Positions 19,451 through 29,732 of a stretch of DNA of 64,000 nt are shown here, piece after piece (the stretch's first letter is position 1; each line of letters opens with the position of its first letter). This DNA comes from Phycisphaerae bacterium (GTDB lineage: Bacteria; Planctomycetota; Phycisphaerae; FEN-1346; JAACEH01): contig JAAYDY010000044.1 in NCBI GenBank assembly GCA_012729015.1, forward strand, positions 19,891-83,890, in the 5' to 3' direction. The notes under the pieces are model-generated. The model was not told the DNA's origin, ran no database searches, and worked only from the letters and a program-made list of their open reading frames with translations. Both the position numbers and the translations under genes were made by a program.

Positions 19451-21844
19451 ATGCGATGCAGCCTGCTTTGTTCGTGTGCTCTGACTCTCGTCGTGTCGAC
19501 AGGGGTATCGGCCCAGGGTGTGGACCCGCGGGAGCCGGCCGTCACGGCCGAGCAGATCGAATCGTCCATTCGCCGCGGGGTGGCGTATCTGTACAGCCTC
19601 CAGAACGATCGCGGCACGTGGGAAGAGTCGGCCACGGCCGATGAGGCAGCGAAGAAGGCCGGCGGCAGCGAGAGCGATCAGAGGACCGCTCGCCGGGACT
19701 TCGGCGGGCACACGGCGCTGTCGGTGCTGGCCCTGCTCTATTGCGGCGAGGACCCCAAGGATCCGCGCATCGACAAGGCCCTGAAGTTCCTCGCCGAAAT
19801 CGAGGTCACCGGCACGTACGTGTGCAGCATCCGTGCCAGCGTGTGGTCGAAGCTGAATGACGCGCGCTACCGGCGGCCGCTGAAGGCCGACGCAGCGTGG
19901 CTCCTGGGCGCCATGACGACGGCCGAAGGGGCGATTCCGGGGAACTTCAGCTACGGCACGCCGCATCCTCCGAAAGTGCATGACCACTCGAACACGCAGT
20001 ATGGCGTGCTTGGGCTTCGCGACGCGGCGATTCGAGGCGTGGAAATCTCGCCGACGATCTGGAAGGCCATTCTGGACAACATGCTGTCGTGCCAGGCGGA
20101 CAACGGCGGCTGGGGCTACTACATGTCTGCCAAGGACACGCCGTCGCACACTTACGGGGCGATGACGGTGGGGTGCCTGGCCAACATCTACATCGCCGAG
20201 GAGATGCTGCAACTGTTCGTCGAGGGCGACTACAACGGCCGTTCGACCAAGGGGTGCGGGCAACGCAGGCCGCCGGAGGCCATCGAGAAGGCGCTGGCCT
20301 GGATGGATCGCAATCTGCCGGTGGACTTCGCGCTGAAACAGGGGGGCGACGTGCAGAACTGGCCCACGACAGGCAACCACGGCATGGGCCGGTACTACCT
20401 GTATGCCCTGGAGCGGTGCGCCAGCGCTTGCGGGCGAAAGTCGTTCGGCGGCGTACTCTGGTTCGAGGAAGGCGCCAAACTGCTGCTCAGGCAGCAGGAC
20501 GCAGCCGACGGCGGGTGGAAGGCCACCTATTTCGGCAACGACATTCACACGTCATGGGCGCTTCTGTTTCTGTCGAAGGGGCAGGCCCCGGTTTTCTACA
20601 ACAAGCTGGACACCAAGTCCGACTGGAACAACCACACGCGGGCGGTGCCCTACATCTCCCAGTACATCGCCGACGAACTGGAGCAGCGGATCAACTGGCA
20701 GGTGATCGACATCAACGATCCGGTGGACACATGGCTCGACGCGCCCGTGCTGATGTTCAGCGGGCACGACATCCCGGCATTCACCGACGAACAGAAGAAG
20801 AAGCTGCGGCTCTACACCGATTCGGGCGGCACGATCCTGGCCGAAGCCTGCTGCTCGAAGATGGAGTTCGTGCGAGGGTTCAATGCCCTGGCTCGGGACG
20901 TCTGGCCCGAATGGGAGCTTCAGACGCTCGACCGCGAGCACCCGATGCTCTCGTTCCATCACCAGATTCGCGGCCGATTGCCGCAGGTCATGCACCTGGA
21001 TGACGGGTGCCGCAGCCGCGTGTTCCTCTTCGTCACCGATGCGTCGGGGGCGTGGAACCACAACATGCAGAAGGCGTATCTGACGTACTTCCAGTTGGGA
21101 ATGAATCTGGGGCGCTACGCCAGCGACAAGCGCATGCTGCGCAGCCGCGTGTTCTTCGAGCCGAACCTGTTCAAGGAACTGGCCGCCCAGGGCAAGGCCG
21201 CGCCGTCGTCGCAGGCACCGAATGCGACCGTGCGGCTGGCCGACTGGCCGACCGAGGGTAAGCGGCTCACGGACATCCGCGGCCTGCGGCATCTGGCCGA
21301 GACGCTGAAGCAGGCGGCCAATGTCACGCTCGAGACGACGACGCTGGAGGAGAACAACCTCGACGCACTGGACAAGGTTCAGATTGTCCACATGAGCGGG
21401 CACCACGGCTTCAGCGTCAGCGACGAGAATGTGGCCAAGCTGAAAGGGTTCATCGCGCGAGGCGGGCTCATCTGGGCCGATCCGCAGTGCGGCCGCGAAG
21501 CCTTCAAGAAATCATTCGAGGAATTCGTCGGCAAGCTCGCGCCGGGGGCTGCGCTGGAGACCATCGCGGCGGACGACCCGCTGATGACGGGCAACGGCCT
21601 GCCGCGGCAGGGCTTCGACCTGTCGAGCGTCCGCTACAAGCAGGCCGTGAAGCTGAAGGAAACGGCGGCAGTGCTCCAGGAGGTAAGGATCGGCGGCAAG
21701 CGCGCCATCGTCTACTCGCCCTACGACATCACGTGCGGGATGGACGGCCACGACTGCCCGAATTGTCTGGGACCGCGGCGGAACGACGCGCTGAAGATCG
21801 GGACGAACATCGTCCTGGCCACGCCCGACGCCGTCGGGCGGTAG
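19451..21844 (+). CDS. Secreted protein with prenyltransferase/squalene-oxidase-like repeats and a C-terminal DUF4159-like domain
   Basis: Signal peptide MRCSLLCSCALTLVVSTGVSAQ; QxxxGxW-like repeats (LQNDRGTW, CQADNGGWGY, QQDAADGGW); C-terminal HMSGHHGF...IWADPQCGR...DCPNCLG. Confidence 0.5.
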   Translation: MRCSLLCSCALTLVVSTGVSAQGVDPREPAVTAEQIESSIRRGVAYLYSLQNDRGTWEESATADEAAKKAGGSESDQRTARRDFGGHTALSVLALLYCGEDPKDPRIDKALKFLAEIEVTGTYVCSIRASVWSKLNDARYRRPLKADAAWLLGAMTTAEGAIPGNFSYGTPHPPKVHDHSNTQYGVLGLRDAAIRGVEISPTIWKAILDNMLSCQADNGGWGYYMSAKDTPSHTYGAMTVGCLANIYIAEEMLQLFVEGDYNGRSTKGCGQRRPPEAIEKALAWMDRNLPVDFALKQGGDVQNWPTTGNHGMGRYYLYALERCASACGRKSFGGVLWFEEGAKLLLRQQDAADGGWKATYFGNDIHTSWALLFLSKGQAPVFYNKLDTKSDWNNHTRAVPYISQYIADELEQRINWQVIDINDPVDTWLDAPVLMFSGHDIPAFTDEQKKKLRLYTDSGGTILAEACCSKMEFVRGFNALARDVWPEWELQTLDREHPMLSFHHQIRGRLPQVMHLDDGCRSRVFLFVTDASGAWNHNMQKAYLTYFQLGMNLGRYASDKRMLRSRVFFEPNLFKELAAQGKAAPSSQAPNATVRLADWPTEGKRLTDIRGLRHLAETLKQAANVTLETTTLEENNLDALDKVQIVHMSGHHGFSVSDENVAKLKGFIARGGLIWADPQCGREAFKKSFEEFVGKLAPGAALETIAADDPLMTGNGLPRQGFDLSSVRYKQAVKLKETAAVLQEVRIGGKRAIVYSPYDITCGMDGHDCPNCLGPRRNDALKIGTNIVLATPDAVGR

Positions 21845-21867
21845 CGCGGGGCGTCGCGCCGCCGTCA

Positions 21868-23022
21868 TCAGCCGAAGACTTGCCGCATGCGGTCGCAGTA
21901 GTAGCGCACAAGGTCCCACTTGGCATCGGGCGGGATACGGTGGTCCGGGCAGGGAATGAAGCCGCCCAGGTCCACCAGGGGGCGCAGCCGCTCGACCTCC
22001 GTGTCGATGGCGGCCCGGTCGCGGGAGAACACCACCTTGTTCATGCCTCCGACGCCGCGCAGGGCCTTGCCGTACTGCTGCCGCCATGGGGCGATGCTGG
22101 CCTTCCACGTTCCGACTTCGATGGGGAACATCGTGTTGACACCGTTGGCGAGCCACGTCGGGATCAGGGCGTCAATCATGCCGTCGCAGTCCAGCGACAC
22201 GATGTCGACGCCGTGCCTGGTCAGCAGGTCGGTGATGCGTTTGTAGTGCGGACCGACCTTGGCATCGAAGACGGAAGGAATCACCAGGGGGCCGTTCTTG
22301 AAGCAGATGTCTTCCCAGAAATGGCCGAAGTCGAATTTCGCGCCGGCGGCGAGAACGAATTCGACCGTGTGATAGCAGAGGTTGCCCACGGTATCGATGA
22401 TCTCGTCGTAGAGGGTCTCGTCGTCAGCCAGCAGGTAGCACGAGCCCTCGACGCCGAGGATATTGCGGATGTGGCCGAAGAGGCTTCCGCAGTAGAGGGC
22501 ATAGGGGTAGTCGCGCTTGTCGGCCCGGAGGAACTCCAGCCCTCCCTGGCCGTAGGGCACCAGTTTATCGTTAACGCGGACCGGCGACTCCAGCACGCGG
22601 GCTTCGCTGAACTCGTAGCGCCACTTGTAGTGCTCTTCCCACGACGCGCGATCGACGAGCGTGTGCTTGATCTCCGTGGGGATGCCCGTGGCCCCGGGCC
22701 GCTGGAGGACGATCACGCCGTCGCGGTTCATGACGTGCCTGGACCCGTCCGGGAACTCTTCGACAGCCCTCACTTCGAAATACGGCAGCAGTTCCATGCT
22801 GCCATGGAACGTGCTGTACCAGTCGAAATCGAATCCGAGCCGTTCGCTGAGGGCCACGCAGGTGGGGTTTCCGTCGCCCCAGGAGGCGGCTATCTCAGCC
22901 GTGAGGTGCCCTTCCTGTGCCCACTTGTCGAGGGTCTCGCGCCAGTAGCCGAAATGCACGAGCGGCAGCCTGTCGTACGGCTCATAGTGCAGCACGGCCA
23001 TAGCCCGCTCGCGGTGGGTCAT
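21868..23022 (-). CDS. Uroporphyrinogen decarboxylase (URO-D) family protein (methyltransferase/decarboxylase-like)
   Basis: URO-D/MtaA-like TIM-barrel layout; start chosen at MTHRERAMAVLHYE. Confidence 0.5.
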   Translation of the reverse strand: MTHRERAMAVLHYEPYDRLPLVHFGYWRETLDKWAQEGHLTAEIAASWGDGNPTCVALSERLGFDFDWYSTFHGSMELLPYFEVRAVEEFPDGSRHVMNRDGVIVLQRPGATGIPTEIKHTLVDRASWEEHYKWRYEFSEARVLESPVRVNDKLVPYGQGGLEFLRADKRDYPYALYCGSLFGHIRNILGVEGSCYLLADDETLYDEIIDTVGNLCYHTVEFVLAAGAKFDFGHFWEDICFKNGPLVIPSVFDAKVGPHYKRITDLLTRHGVDIVSLDCDGMIDALIPTWLANGVNTMFPIEVGTWKASIAPWRQQYGKALRGVGGMNKVVFSRDRAAIDTEVERLRPLVDLGGFIPCPDHRIPPDAKWDLVRYYCDRMRQVFG

Positions 23023-23223
23023 GGGTCGCGTTCCTTTTGACTTGTCACGTGCGGACATTCGAAGCCTCCTGCCGCCTGCACGGCAATAAGATTCCCCGGA
23101 CACACCAGACACTCTCCGGAATCAAGCATACTGCGTTTTCGTCGGATTGCCATGGACAGAAGTGGCATTCCCATGTACGATCATAAGCCGCGAACAAGGC
23201 CGTGACGCCACCGGGAGCCGCCC

Positions 23224-24018
23224 ATGATCGAACTCCGCCCCCCCGACATCCGCCCCAGGGTCCGTGTCGTCAACTACATCCATCCGCCCGCCGGACGCGC
23301 CTGGAACAACCGCTGCATTCCCGACTTCGAGCTGATCTGCGTGGTGTCCGGGCGATACGGCTACGAGTCCCCGCAGCAGCGGCCCGTGGCGCTGCCGGCC
23401 GGGTGCGTGCTGTGCATCCCGCCGGGGCCGCACAGCTTCTATCGCATCGACCGCGCCCGGCGGTCCACGATCAGCTGCATCCACTGCGAACTGAGCCACG
23501 AGGGCAACTACGCCGGCGGGGATTACCGCCTGACCCCACGACCGCAACTGGTCACGGACATGTCGGACGACAAGTCTATGGCCACACTGTTCCGCCGGTG
23601 CGCCGAGGCGTTCGCCGGCTACGGCCGGTACCGCAACGCCCTGGTCGAGACCATGACGCGCGAGATATGGCTGCGGCTGGCCGAGCGGTGGACCGGCGGG
23701 GACACGCGGCCCGTGTCGCACCGCCTGGAACAGATGCTCACGTTCCTCCGCCAGCACCTGATGCGTCCTGTCTCGCGGCGCGACCTGGCCGCGGCCTTCA
23801 GCGTCACGCCCGAGCACGTCAACGCCATGTTCAAGAAGCAACTCGGCATGACGCCCACTCGGTTCGTTCACCGCGAGCGGTGCCTGGTGGCCTACCGGCT
23901 GATGCGCGATGAGGGCCTCAGCGTCAAGGAGGCCGCCAGGATGACCGGCTTTGCCGACGCGTTTCATTTCTCGAAGGTGTTCAAGCGCGTCATGGGCATT
24001 CCGCCCAGCCGGGCGTGA
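23224..24018 (+). CDS. AraC-family transcriptional regulator (cupin sensor plus HTH)
   Basis: C-terminal double HTH with AraC signature ...LSVKEAARMTGFADAFHFSKVFKRVMG. Confidence 0.8.
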   Translation: MIELRPPDIRPRVRVVNYIHPPAGRAWNNRCIPDFELICVVSGRYGYESPQQRPVALPAGCVLCIPPGPHSFYRIDRARRSTISCIHCELSHEGNYAGGDYRLTPRPQLVTDMSDDKSMATLFRRCAEAFAGYGRYRNALVETMTREIWLRLAERWTGGDTRPVSHRLEQMLTFLRQHLMRPVSRRDLAAAFSVTPEHVNAMFKKQLGMTPTRFVHRERCLVAYRLMRDEGLSVKEAARMTGFADAFHFSKVFKRVMGIPPSRA

Positions 24019-24042
24019 GCCGACCGTCATGTCGCGTCGAGA

Positions 24043-24483
24043 CTACCTGCCGTGCGACGAATCGTCGGCCCCGCTGGGGACGAACTCCAGCGAAGCCGAG
24101 TTGATACAGAATCGCTGGCCCGTGGGCGGTGGGCCATCGTCAAACACGTGCCCCAGGTGCGCGCCGCAATGGCTGCACACGACTTCCGTGCGGTCCATGC
24201 CCAGGCTCGTGTCGCGCTGCCGGCCGAGTGCGTCTTCGCAGGCCGGTTGCCAGAAACTGGGCCACCCGCTCCCACTGTCGTACTTGGACTCGGACGCAAA
24301 GAGCGGTTGCCCGCAGACAACGCAGCAATAGGTCCCCTGCACCTTGAAACGGACGTACTGGCCCGTGAACGGCGGCTCGGTCCCCTTGTGCTGGGTGACC
24401 CGGAACTGCATCGGCGTCAGTCGCCGCTTCAGGTCGGCCGCCGACTCGCCGCCACCGGCGGAATCTCGCTCGTCAGAACTCAT
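24043..24483 (-). CDS. msrB: Peptide-methionine (R)-S-oxide reductase
   Basis: Two CxxC pairs ([22 protein letters not shown]) and RFCINSASL motif; GGAGG Shine-Dalgarno. Confidence 0.85.
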   Translation of the reverse strand: MSSDERDSAGGGESAADLKRRLTPMQFRVTQHKGTEPPFTGQYVRFKVQGTYCCVVCGQPLFASESKYDSGSGWPSFWQPACEDALGRQRDTSLGMDRTEVVCSHCGAHLGHVFDDGPPPTGQRFCINSASLEFVPSGADDSSHGR

Positions 24484-24548
24484 GACTATGCCTCCCGACC
24501 GCCCCCGGCCGCTCGCCCGACGCCGGTAATGACCCTGTGCGACACACC

Positions 24549-25199
24549 TCACTCGAACCCATAGCGGCCGCGCATCGCCACGAACACGCACGGACAGAAC
24601 TCCGTCCGCACAAACTGGCCATGTTCCTTCGTCACCTTGACGAGATTCTGGATGCTGCGCGGCCCGACGGGCACGATGGCGATGCCCGGATCGGCCAGTT
24701 GTTCGACGAGCGGCGGCGGGACGTCGGGGGCGGCGGCCGTGGCCAGAATCCGGTCGAAGGGGGCCGCGTCGGGCCAGCCCAATGTTCCGTCGCCGACGCG
24801 GGCACAGACGTTCGCGGCCCCCATCGCCGCCAGCGCCGCCATGGCGCGCTCGCTCAACTCCGCGACGCACTCGATGGTGTACACCTGGCGAGCCAGTCGG
24901 GCGAGGATGGCCGTCTGGTACCCCGAGCCGGTGCCGATCTCCAGAACGCGTTCGGTTCCCGCCAACTCCAGTTCGGCCGTCATCAGGGCCACCATGTACG
25001 GCTGGCTGATGGTTTGCCCGCAGCCGATCTCCAGGGGATGGTCGTCGTAAGCTTCGGCCTGCAGGTCGGAGGGCACGAAGGCGGCCCGGTCCACCTCGCG
25101 CAGAGCCGCCAGCACCCGAGGGTCGGCGATGCCGCGGTCGGCCACCTGACGGTTCACCATGTCTTCGAGCGACGACGATGTCGTGCGACCGTGTCGCAT
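24549..25199 (-). CDS. pcm: Protein-L-isoaspartate O-methyltransferase
   Basis: TISQPYMVA motif and SAM-binding [13 protein letters not shown]. Confidence 0.85.
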   Translation of the reverse strand: MRHGRTTSSSLEDMVNRQVADRGIADPRVLAALREVDRAAFVPSDLQAEAYDDHPLEIGCGQTISQPYMVALMTAELELAGTERVLEIGTGSGYQTAILARLARQVYTIECVAELSERAMAALAAMGAANVCARVGDGTLGWPDAAPFDRILATAAAPDVPPPLVEQLADPGIAIVPVGPRSIQNLVKVTKEHGQFVRTEFCPCVFVAMRGRYGFE

Positions 25200-25213
25200 G
25201 CTGGAGCCTCCGC

Positions 25214-25879
25214 TCAGGTCCTGCGGACGGCGTAGCGAAGGAACAGGCGGATAAACCGCAGCGTCTCGGGCAGCGGATTGATCTTGCTTCGCTCGGTGCC
25301 GTAGATGGTCGGAATCGGCACCTCGCCGATGCGGAGCCCGAGGCGGCCGGCCCGTATGAGTAGTTCGCTCTCGGCGTCGAAGCTGGTGGTCTCGGGCGAA
25401 GCCGCGAAGTATGACGCGACAGAAACGTACCGGTATCCGCTCTGGCTGTCGGTGATGCGACAGCGAGCCATCCGGCTGATGATGGCCGACGTGACGGCGT
25501 TGGTCATCCGGCGAATCCACGGCATGCCGTGGGCCGACCAGTCCTGCCGCGCACCGATGACGATGTCGGCCCCCGCGTCTGCTGCTGCGGCGAACTGCGG
25601 GATCGCCGCCGGATCGTGTTGCCCGTCGGCGTCGAGCGTCACGACGCCGTCGTACCCCTGCTGCCTGGCCCAGAGGAAGCCGGTCCGCAGGGCGGCTCCC
25701 TTGCCGGCGTTGCGTTCATGGCGGACCACGGTGGCGCCGGCCTGCTCGGCGGCCTCGGCCGTGCCGTCTCCGCTGCCGTCGTCCACCACGAGGCATGGCA
25801 GATGGGCCGTGACGCCGCGCACCACGTCGCCGACGCGCTGCGCCTCGTGATACGCCGGAACAAGAGCGATGATCCGCAA
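25214..25879 (-). CDS. Family 2 glycosyltransferase (DPM1-like)
   Basis: [24 protein letters not shown] motifs. Confidence 0.7.
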   Translation of the reverse strand: MRIIALVPAYHEAQRVGDVVRGVTAHLPCLVVDDGSGDGTAEAAEQAGATVVRHERNAGKGAALRTGFLWARQQGYDGVVTLDADGQHDPAAIPQFAAAADAGADIVIGARQDWSAHGMPWIRRMTNAVTSAIISRMARCRITDSQSGYRYVSVASYFAASPETTSFDAESELLIRAGRLGLRIGEVPIPTIYGTERSKINPLPETLRFIRLFLRYAVRRT

Positions 25880-25921
25880 CGGGCCCCCTTCTCCGCCGAC
25901 GCGTGGGTCGCCGGCCTGTCG

Positions 25922-26932
25922 CTACGCTTCCGTCTGAAGACAGTCTGCGCCCTGGAGATGTGCCGAGTAAAGGGCCCGCTGCACGCGATCCAGCAGCAGC
26001 GTCGCGTTGGCGTCGTCACCGCGCATGGTCGTCACGCCGATGCTGGCGGTCACACGGCCGTCGCGCGGGCCGATGGTCGTGGCGCGCACCGCATCGAGAA
26101 TGCGCCGCCCCGCCTTAGCGGCCCCGCGAACATCGGTGTCGGGCAATGCGACGAGCAGCTCATCCAGGCCGAAGCGCCCCAGGAAGTCGATGCCGCGGAG
26201 GTGAACCCGCACTTCGTCCACGAAGGCCTTGAACAGCTCGTCGGCGGCCTCCTGGCCGTTGGTCCGCTTAAACCGCATGAAGTTGTCGATGTCGATCAGC
26301 AGCAGCGACAGAGGTTGGCCGTGCCGACGGGCCCGGGCCATCTCGTCATTGAGCCTGGTGCAGAAGAACTCGAAGGCCCAGACACCTGTGGCCGGATCGA
26401 CCACTTGCATCCGGCGCCGCTCATCGTAGAGCTGGCATCGTCCGTGGCAGGCGGCCGCGAGGCGCGACACCAGTTGGAGGACGAGTTGGTGCTCGGGTGT
26501 GAAGTAGGACGGCTGATCGCTCGTGGCCACGACGAAGCCGCAGGGGCGATGCATTTCGACGATCGGCGTGGCGACCAGTGAACCTTGCGTGTTCTCCAGC
26601 CGCAGCGGCCCGACGGCCGGATCCTGCGGGTCGATGCTCTCGATCAGCAGATCGTGGCCGCCGTCGAGCACCTGGGCGATGGACGGCGCCTCGGGGTCCA
26701 GGGCGGCGTGGTTGATGAAGGTCGCGCTGAGTCCGTGGCTGCCGACGATCTTGAGCTGGGAGCGGTTGTCCGCGAGCATCACAATGGCGACCGCCCGCGG
26801 CTTCAGGAGCGAGAAAGCCACGTGGGCGAGGCCGCTCAGCCCCTCTTCCAGCGACCAGGAGCCGCTGATCCTCTGACAGGCTCCCAGCAACCGTTGACAG
26901 ACTTCCTTGAAATCCATGGCGACGGTCTCCAA
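25922..26932 (-). CDS. GAF-domain protein with a degenerate GGDEF domain (GLDEL in place of GG[DE]EF); probably non-catalytic
   Basis: GGDEF fold landmarks (DPATGVWAFEFF, RHGQPLSLLLIDIDNF) but active-site motif RFGLDELLV. Confidence 0.55.
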   Translation of the reverse strand: METVAMDFKEVCQRLLGACQRISGSWSLEEGLSGLAHVAFSLLKPRAVAIVMLADNRSQLKIVGSHGLSATFINHAALDPEAPSIAQVLDGGHDLLIESIDPQDPAVGPLRLENTQGSLVATPIVEMHRPCGFVVATSDQPSYFTPEHQLVLQLVSRLAAACHGRCQLYDERRRMQVVDPATGVWAFEFFCTRLNDEMARARRHGQPLSLLLIDIDNFMRFKRTNGQEAADELFKAFVDEVRVHLRGIDFLGRFGLDELLVALPDTDVRGAAKAGRRILDAVRATTIGPRDGRVTASIGVTTMRGDDANATLLLDRVQRALYSAHLQGADCLQTEA

Positions 26933-27042
26933 GAGGCGCCCCCTCTATAGTTCAATGTAGCCCAAGGTTCTACCCAAGTCAACGGATGTAAACGTCCGGT
27001 GCTCTGGGATTCCGTCGGAATCTCAACTGCCACAGAGTGCGC

Positions 27043-27071
27043 TTGACACCCCGTCGGGGTGTCGATACATT
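27043..27071 (+). promoter_or_regulatory. Sigma70-like promoter for the vWA-kinase operon (TTGACA 27043-27048, 17 nt, TACATT 27066-27071) with palindrome CACCCCG-TC-GGGGTG in the spacer
   Basis: Hexamers, spacing and the inverted repeat read directly. Confidence 0.4.
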
Positions 27072-27189
27072 CGTGGAGGTTCGGGCGGGGCGATTCAAGA
27101 AGGGCCGCAAGTCAGTTCTTTGTCGCATCGGCCGCAGCGCAGCGGGGCGATGCGGGGTTCTGTCGCGTCACAATCGAGAGGAGAATGCG

Positions 27190-27915
27190 ATGGCCGACCA
27201 GCAGGGCGCCAAGGTCAAGGGAATCGTGGACATTGTGTTTCTGATCGACGCCACGGGCAGCATGCAGCCGTGCATCGACGCACTGAAAGCCAACATTTCC
27301 ACCTTCATCGACACGCTGACGACCCCGAACGCCAACAACCAGGCGCCCGTGAAGCACTGGCGAGCCAAGGCCGTGGGCTACCGCGATTTCGGCAGCGACC
27401 AGCAGCCGCTGATCGATCACCCGTTCGTCGAAGACGCCGCGGCGATCAAGGCGCAACTGGCCGAGATTACCGCTGAAGGCGGCGGCGATGAGGCCGAATC
27501 GCTCCTGGATGCCCTGTACAGGGTGGCCACCATGGAACAGACCGGCAAGGGCGGCCAGTTCGAGCCGACGAAATGGCGTTACCGCAGCGACGCGGCGCGC
27601 GTGGTGATCGTCTTCACCGACGCACCCTACAAGGACGTCATGACGAGTCCGGCCGGCGGCACGTTCGACGACCTGAAGAATGCGATTCACGGCAACCGGA
27701 TCATCCTGAGCATCTTCGCCCCGAACCTGCCGTGCTACGACCTGCTGGCCGGGTTGGACAAGTCGGAACTGATGGCCTACGACTTCGACGCCTCGGACCT
27801 CCAGGGCTCGCAGAAGGCACTGGCCGAGTTCACAGCCGACCGCGAGAACTTCAGGCAGACCCTTGTCCAGTTGGCCAAGAGTGTGTCGAAGTCGGCCGAG
27901 GTACCGTCGCTCTAG
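27190..27915 (+). CDS. von Willebrand factor A (vWA) domain protein with a MIDAS motif, cytoplasmic (no signal peptide)
   Basis: IVDIVFLIDATGSM MIDAS-type motif; AGGAGA Shine-Dalgarno before ATG 27190. Confidence 0.7.
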   Translation: MADQQGAKVKGIVDIVFLIDATGSMQPCIDALKANISTFIDTLTTPNANNQAPVKHWRAKAVGYRDFGSDQQPLIDHPFVEDAAAIKAQLAEITAEGGGDEAESLLDALYRVATMEQTGKGGQFEPTKWRYRSDAARVVIVFTDAPYKDVMTSPAGGTFDDLKNAIHGNRIILSIFAPNLPCYDLLAGLDKSELMAYDFDASDLQGSQKALAEFTADRENFRQTLVQLAKSVSKSAEVPSL

Positions 27916-27937
27916 TGCGGCGCCGGGGAGACATGCC

Positions 27938-29323
27938 ATGGCCAAAATTGCCAGGCCCGGTGACGCGATCCGGGGCTACCGCATCATCGAGCTGATTCAC
28001 AAGGGCGCGATGGCCACATCGTATGCCGCGACGGCACCCGACGGTCGCAAGGTCTTCTTCAAGCAGTACAAGTCCCCCTCGGTCACCGTGGACTGGTACA
28101 ACGGCTACGTGGCATATCAGGCGGAGTTGAAGCGCCGCGTCGAGAGCACGCCGCTGGTCAACTTCACATACCGCATGATCGAGTTTTTCGAGGCCGACTT
28201 CGGCCCGCGCACGTTCTTCCAGGTGTTCGAGTTCGTCCGCGGCAATCTGGACATGGAGAAGGCCCTGGACGGGATGCGCCGGCGGCGCGATCCCGGCTCC
28301 TGGGATCAGGTGGTCATCCTGGCCAAGATCCTCATGAATGCGGTCGCCACGCTGCACGACGCACGGATCATCCACTGCGACCTCAAGCCGGCGAACATTC
28401 AATTGTTCCCTGACAAGTCCATCGCCGCAGGGTACCACCTGAAGCTCATCGACATGGACTTCTCGATCCTGTCGGACCGCCGAGCCCCGTGGCACGGGCA
28501 CAGCGCGTACGTCGGCAGCCCTCGCTATTTCTCGCCGGAGCACCTGCGCGGCCAGGTGCCGCTGCCGGCGTCGGACGTGTTCACCTGCGGCCTGATCCTT
28601 CACGAACTGCTCGCCGGGCGTCATCCCTATCGCAGCGGCGGCGACGACGAGGAAGAGGCCTATGCCCAGGGCGTTCTCGGGCACACGGCGCCGCCGCCGG
28701 CCCTGCTGGGCTCGATGCCCGCCCCTGCCGACGACGGCAAGGTGGCCGAGGCGATCCATCGCTGCCTGTCGCCCGATCCGTGGCAGCGTCCGACGGCCCG
28801 CGAGTTGAATCTGGTGCTGAACGGTCGCGGCGATCTGGCGCCCCGGTCGTCGCGACCTGCGGCCTCCGCGAGCCCAGTGGCCGACGCGCGCATCGTTCCC
28901 GCGACCCCTGCCGCAAGGCCAGCCGCCCGCATGGCGACGCCGGCCGAGGACGACGACCTGCCGCGTCTGCTGCCGGAGGGATTGCTGTCGGCGGCGACAC
29001 GACCGGTGACCGCGCGGACGCCCGCCCTGGAGCTCATCGGCCCCGGCGGGCAGCGGCTCAGTATGCGGGTGCGCACCGACGTGGGCCGCGCGATCTGCAA
29101 GCCGCTCGGCGAGGATTCCCTGTTCTGGGACCGCCTGCAATTCACCGTGGACCGCAAGGACGGCCGCTGGCTGGTGATTCCGAATGCAGCCGCCACCAAC
29201 GAGACCCTTCTGAACGGCGAAGCCATCAGCGTCGAAACGCCGCTCGCCGAGGGCGACACGCTGGCCGTCGGCCGGCAGGCCCGGGGCATCGCGAAGCTCC
29301 CGTTGACCGTTCACCTGGAGTGA
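27938..29323 (+). CDS. Hanks-type Ser/Thr protein kinase with a C-terminal FHA domain
   Basis: Catalytic loop HCDLKPANI, DFS (DFG-like), SPE (APE-like); P/A-rich linker; C-terminal FHA signature ...TNETLLNGEAI...GDTLAVG. Confidence 0.8.
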   Translation: MAKIARPGDAIRGYRIIELIHKGAMATSYAATAPDGRKVFFKQYKSPSVTVDWYNGYVAYQAELKRRVESTPLVNFTYRMIEFFEADFGPRTFFQVFEFVRGNLDMEKALDGMRRRRDPGSWDQVVILAKILMNAVATLHDARIIHCDLKPANIQLFPDKSIAAGYHLKLIDMDFSILSDRRAPWHGHSAYVGSPRYFSPEHLRGQVPLPASDVFTCGLILHELLAGRHPYRSGGDDEEEAYAQGVLGHTAPPPALLGSMPAPADDGKVAEAIHRCLSPDPWQRPTARELNLVLNGRGDLAPRSSRPAASASPVADARIVPATPAARPAARMATPAEDDDLPRLLPEGLLSAATRPVTARTPALELIGPGGQRLSMRVRTDVGRAICKPLGEDSLFWDRLQFTVDRKDGRWLVIPNAAATNETLLNGEAISVETPLAEGDTLAVGRQARGIAKLPLTVHLE

Positions 29324-29329
29324 CCGACC

Positions 29330-29719
29330 ATGACGTGGAAATGTGCGAAATGCGGTTTCTCGGCGAATGTGGACGGCGCGGCCATGTGCAGCGGCTGCGG
29401 CGATGTGCGCCTTGGGCGACTGGTGCTTGTGTCCGAGGAGACCGGACAGCAGATTGTCATGTCGGTAGACACCACCGTCGGCCGCGGGCTGCTGAGAACC
29501 TTCGCCGGCGACGACGCCCGGTACGCCGCCGAGCCGCAGTTCCGCGTCACGCGCGACGTGGCTGTCGGCAAGTGGACGGCCTCGCCCGCCGCAGGCACCA
29601 AGAACGCCACGTGCGTGGATGGCGTGCCGCTGGGCGACGCGCCCGTGCCGCTGGGCGAAGGCTCGGTGATCAGCATCGGACCGGATAAGATGCGGCTGGC
29701 CGTCAAGATCGAGTTCTGA
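29330..29719 (+). CDS. Zinc-ribbon plus FHA domain protein
   Basis: CAKCG...CSGCG zinc ribbon, FHA core NATCVDGVPL...GSVISIG; starts 6 nt after the kinase stop. Confidence 0.7.
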   Translation: MTWKCAKCGFSANVDGAAMCSGCGDVRLGRLVLVSEETGQQIVMSVDTTVGRGLLRTFAGDDARYAAEPQFRVTRDVAVGKWTASPAAGTKNATCVDGVPLGDAPVPLGEGSVISIGPDKMRLAVKIEF

Positions 29720-29732
29720 CCCGAGACCTCCC

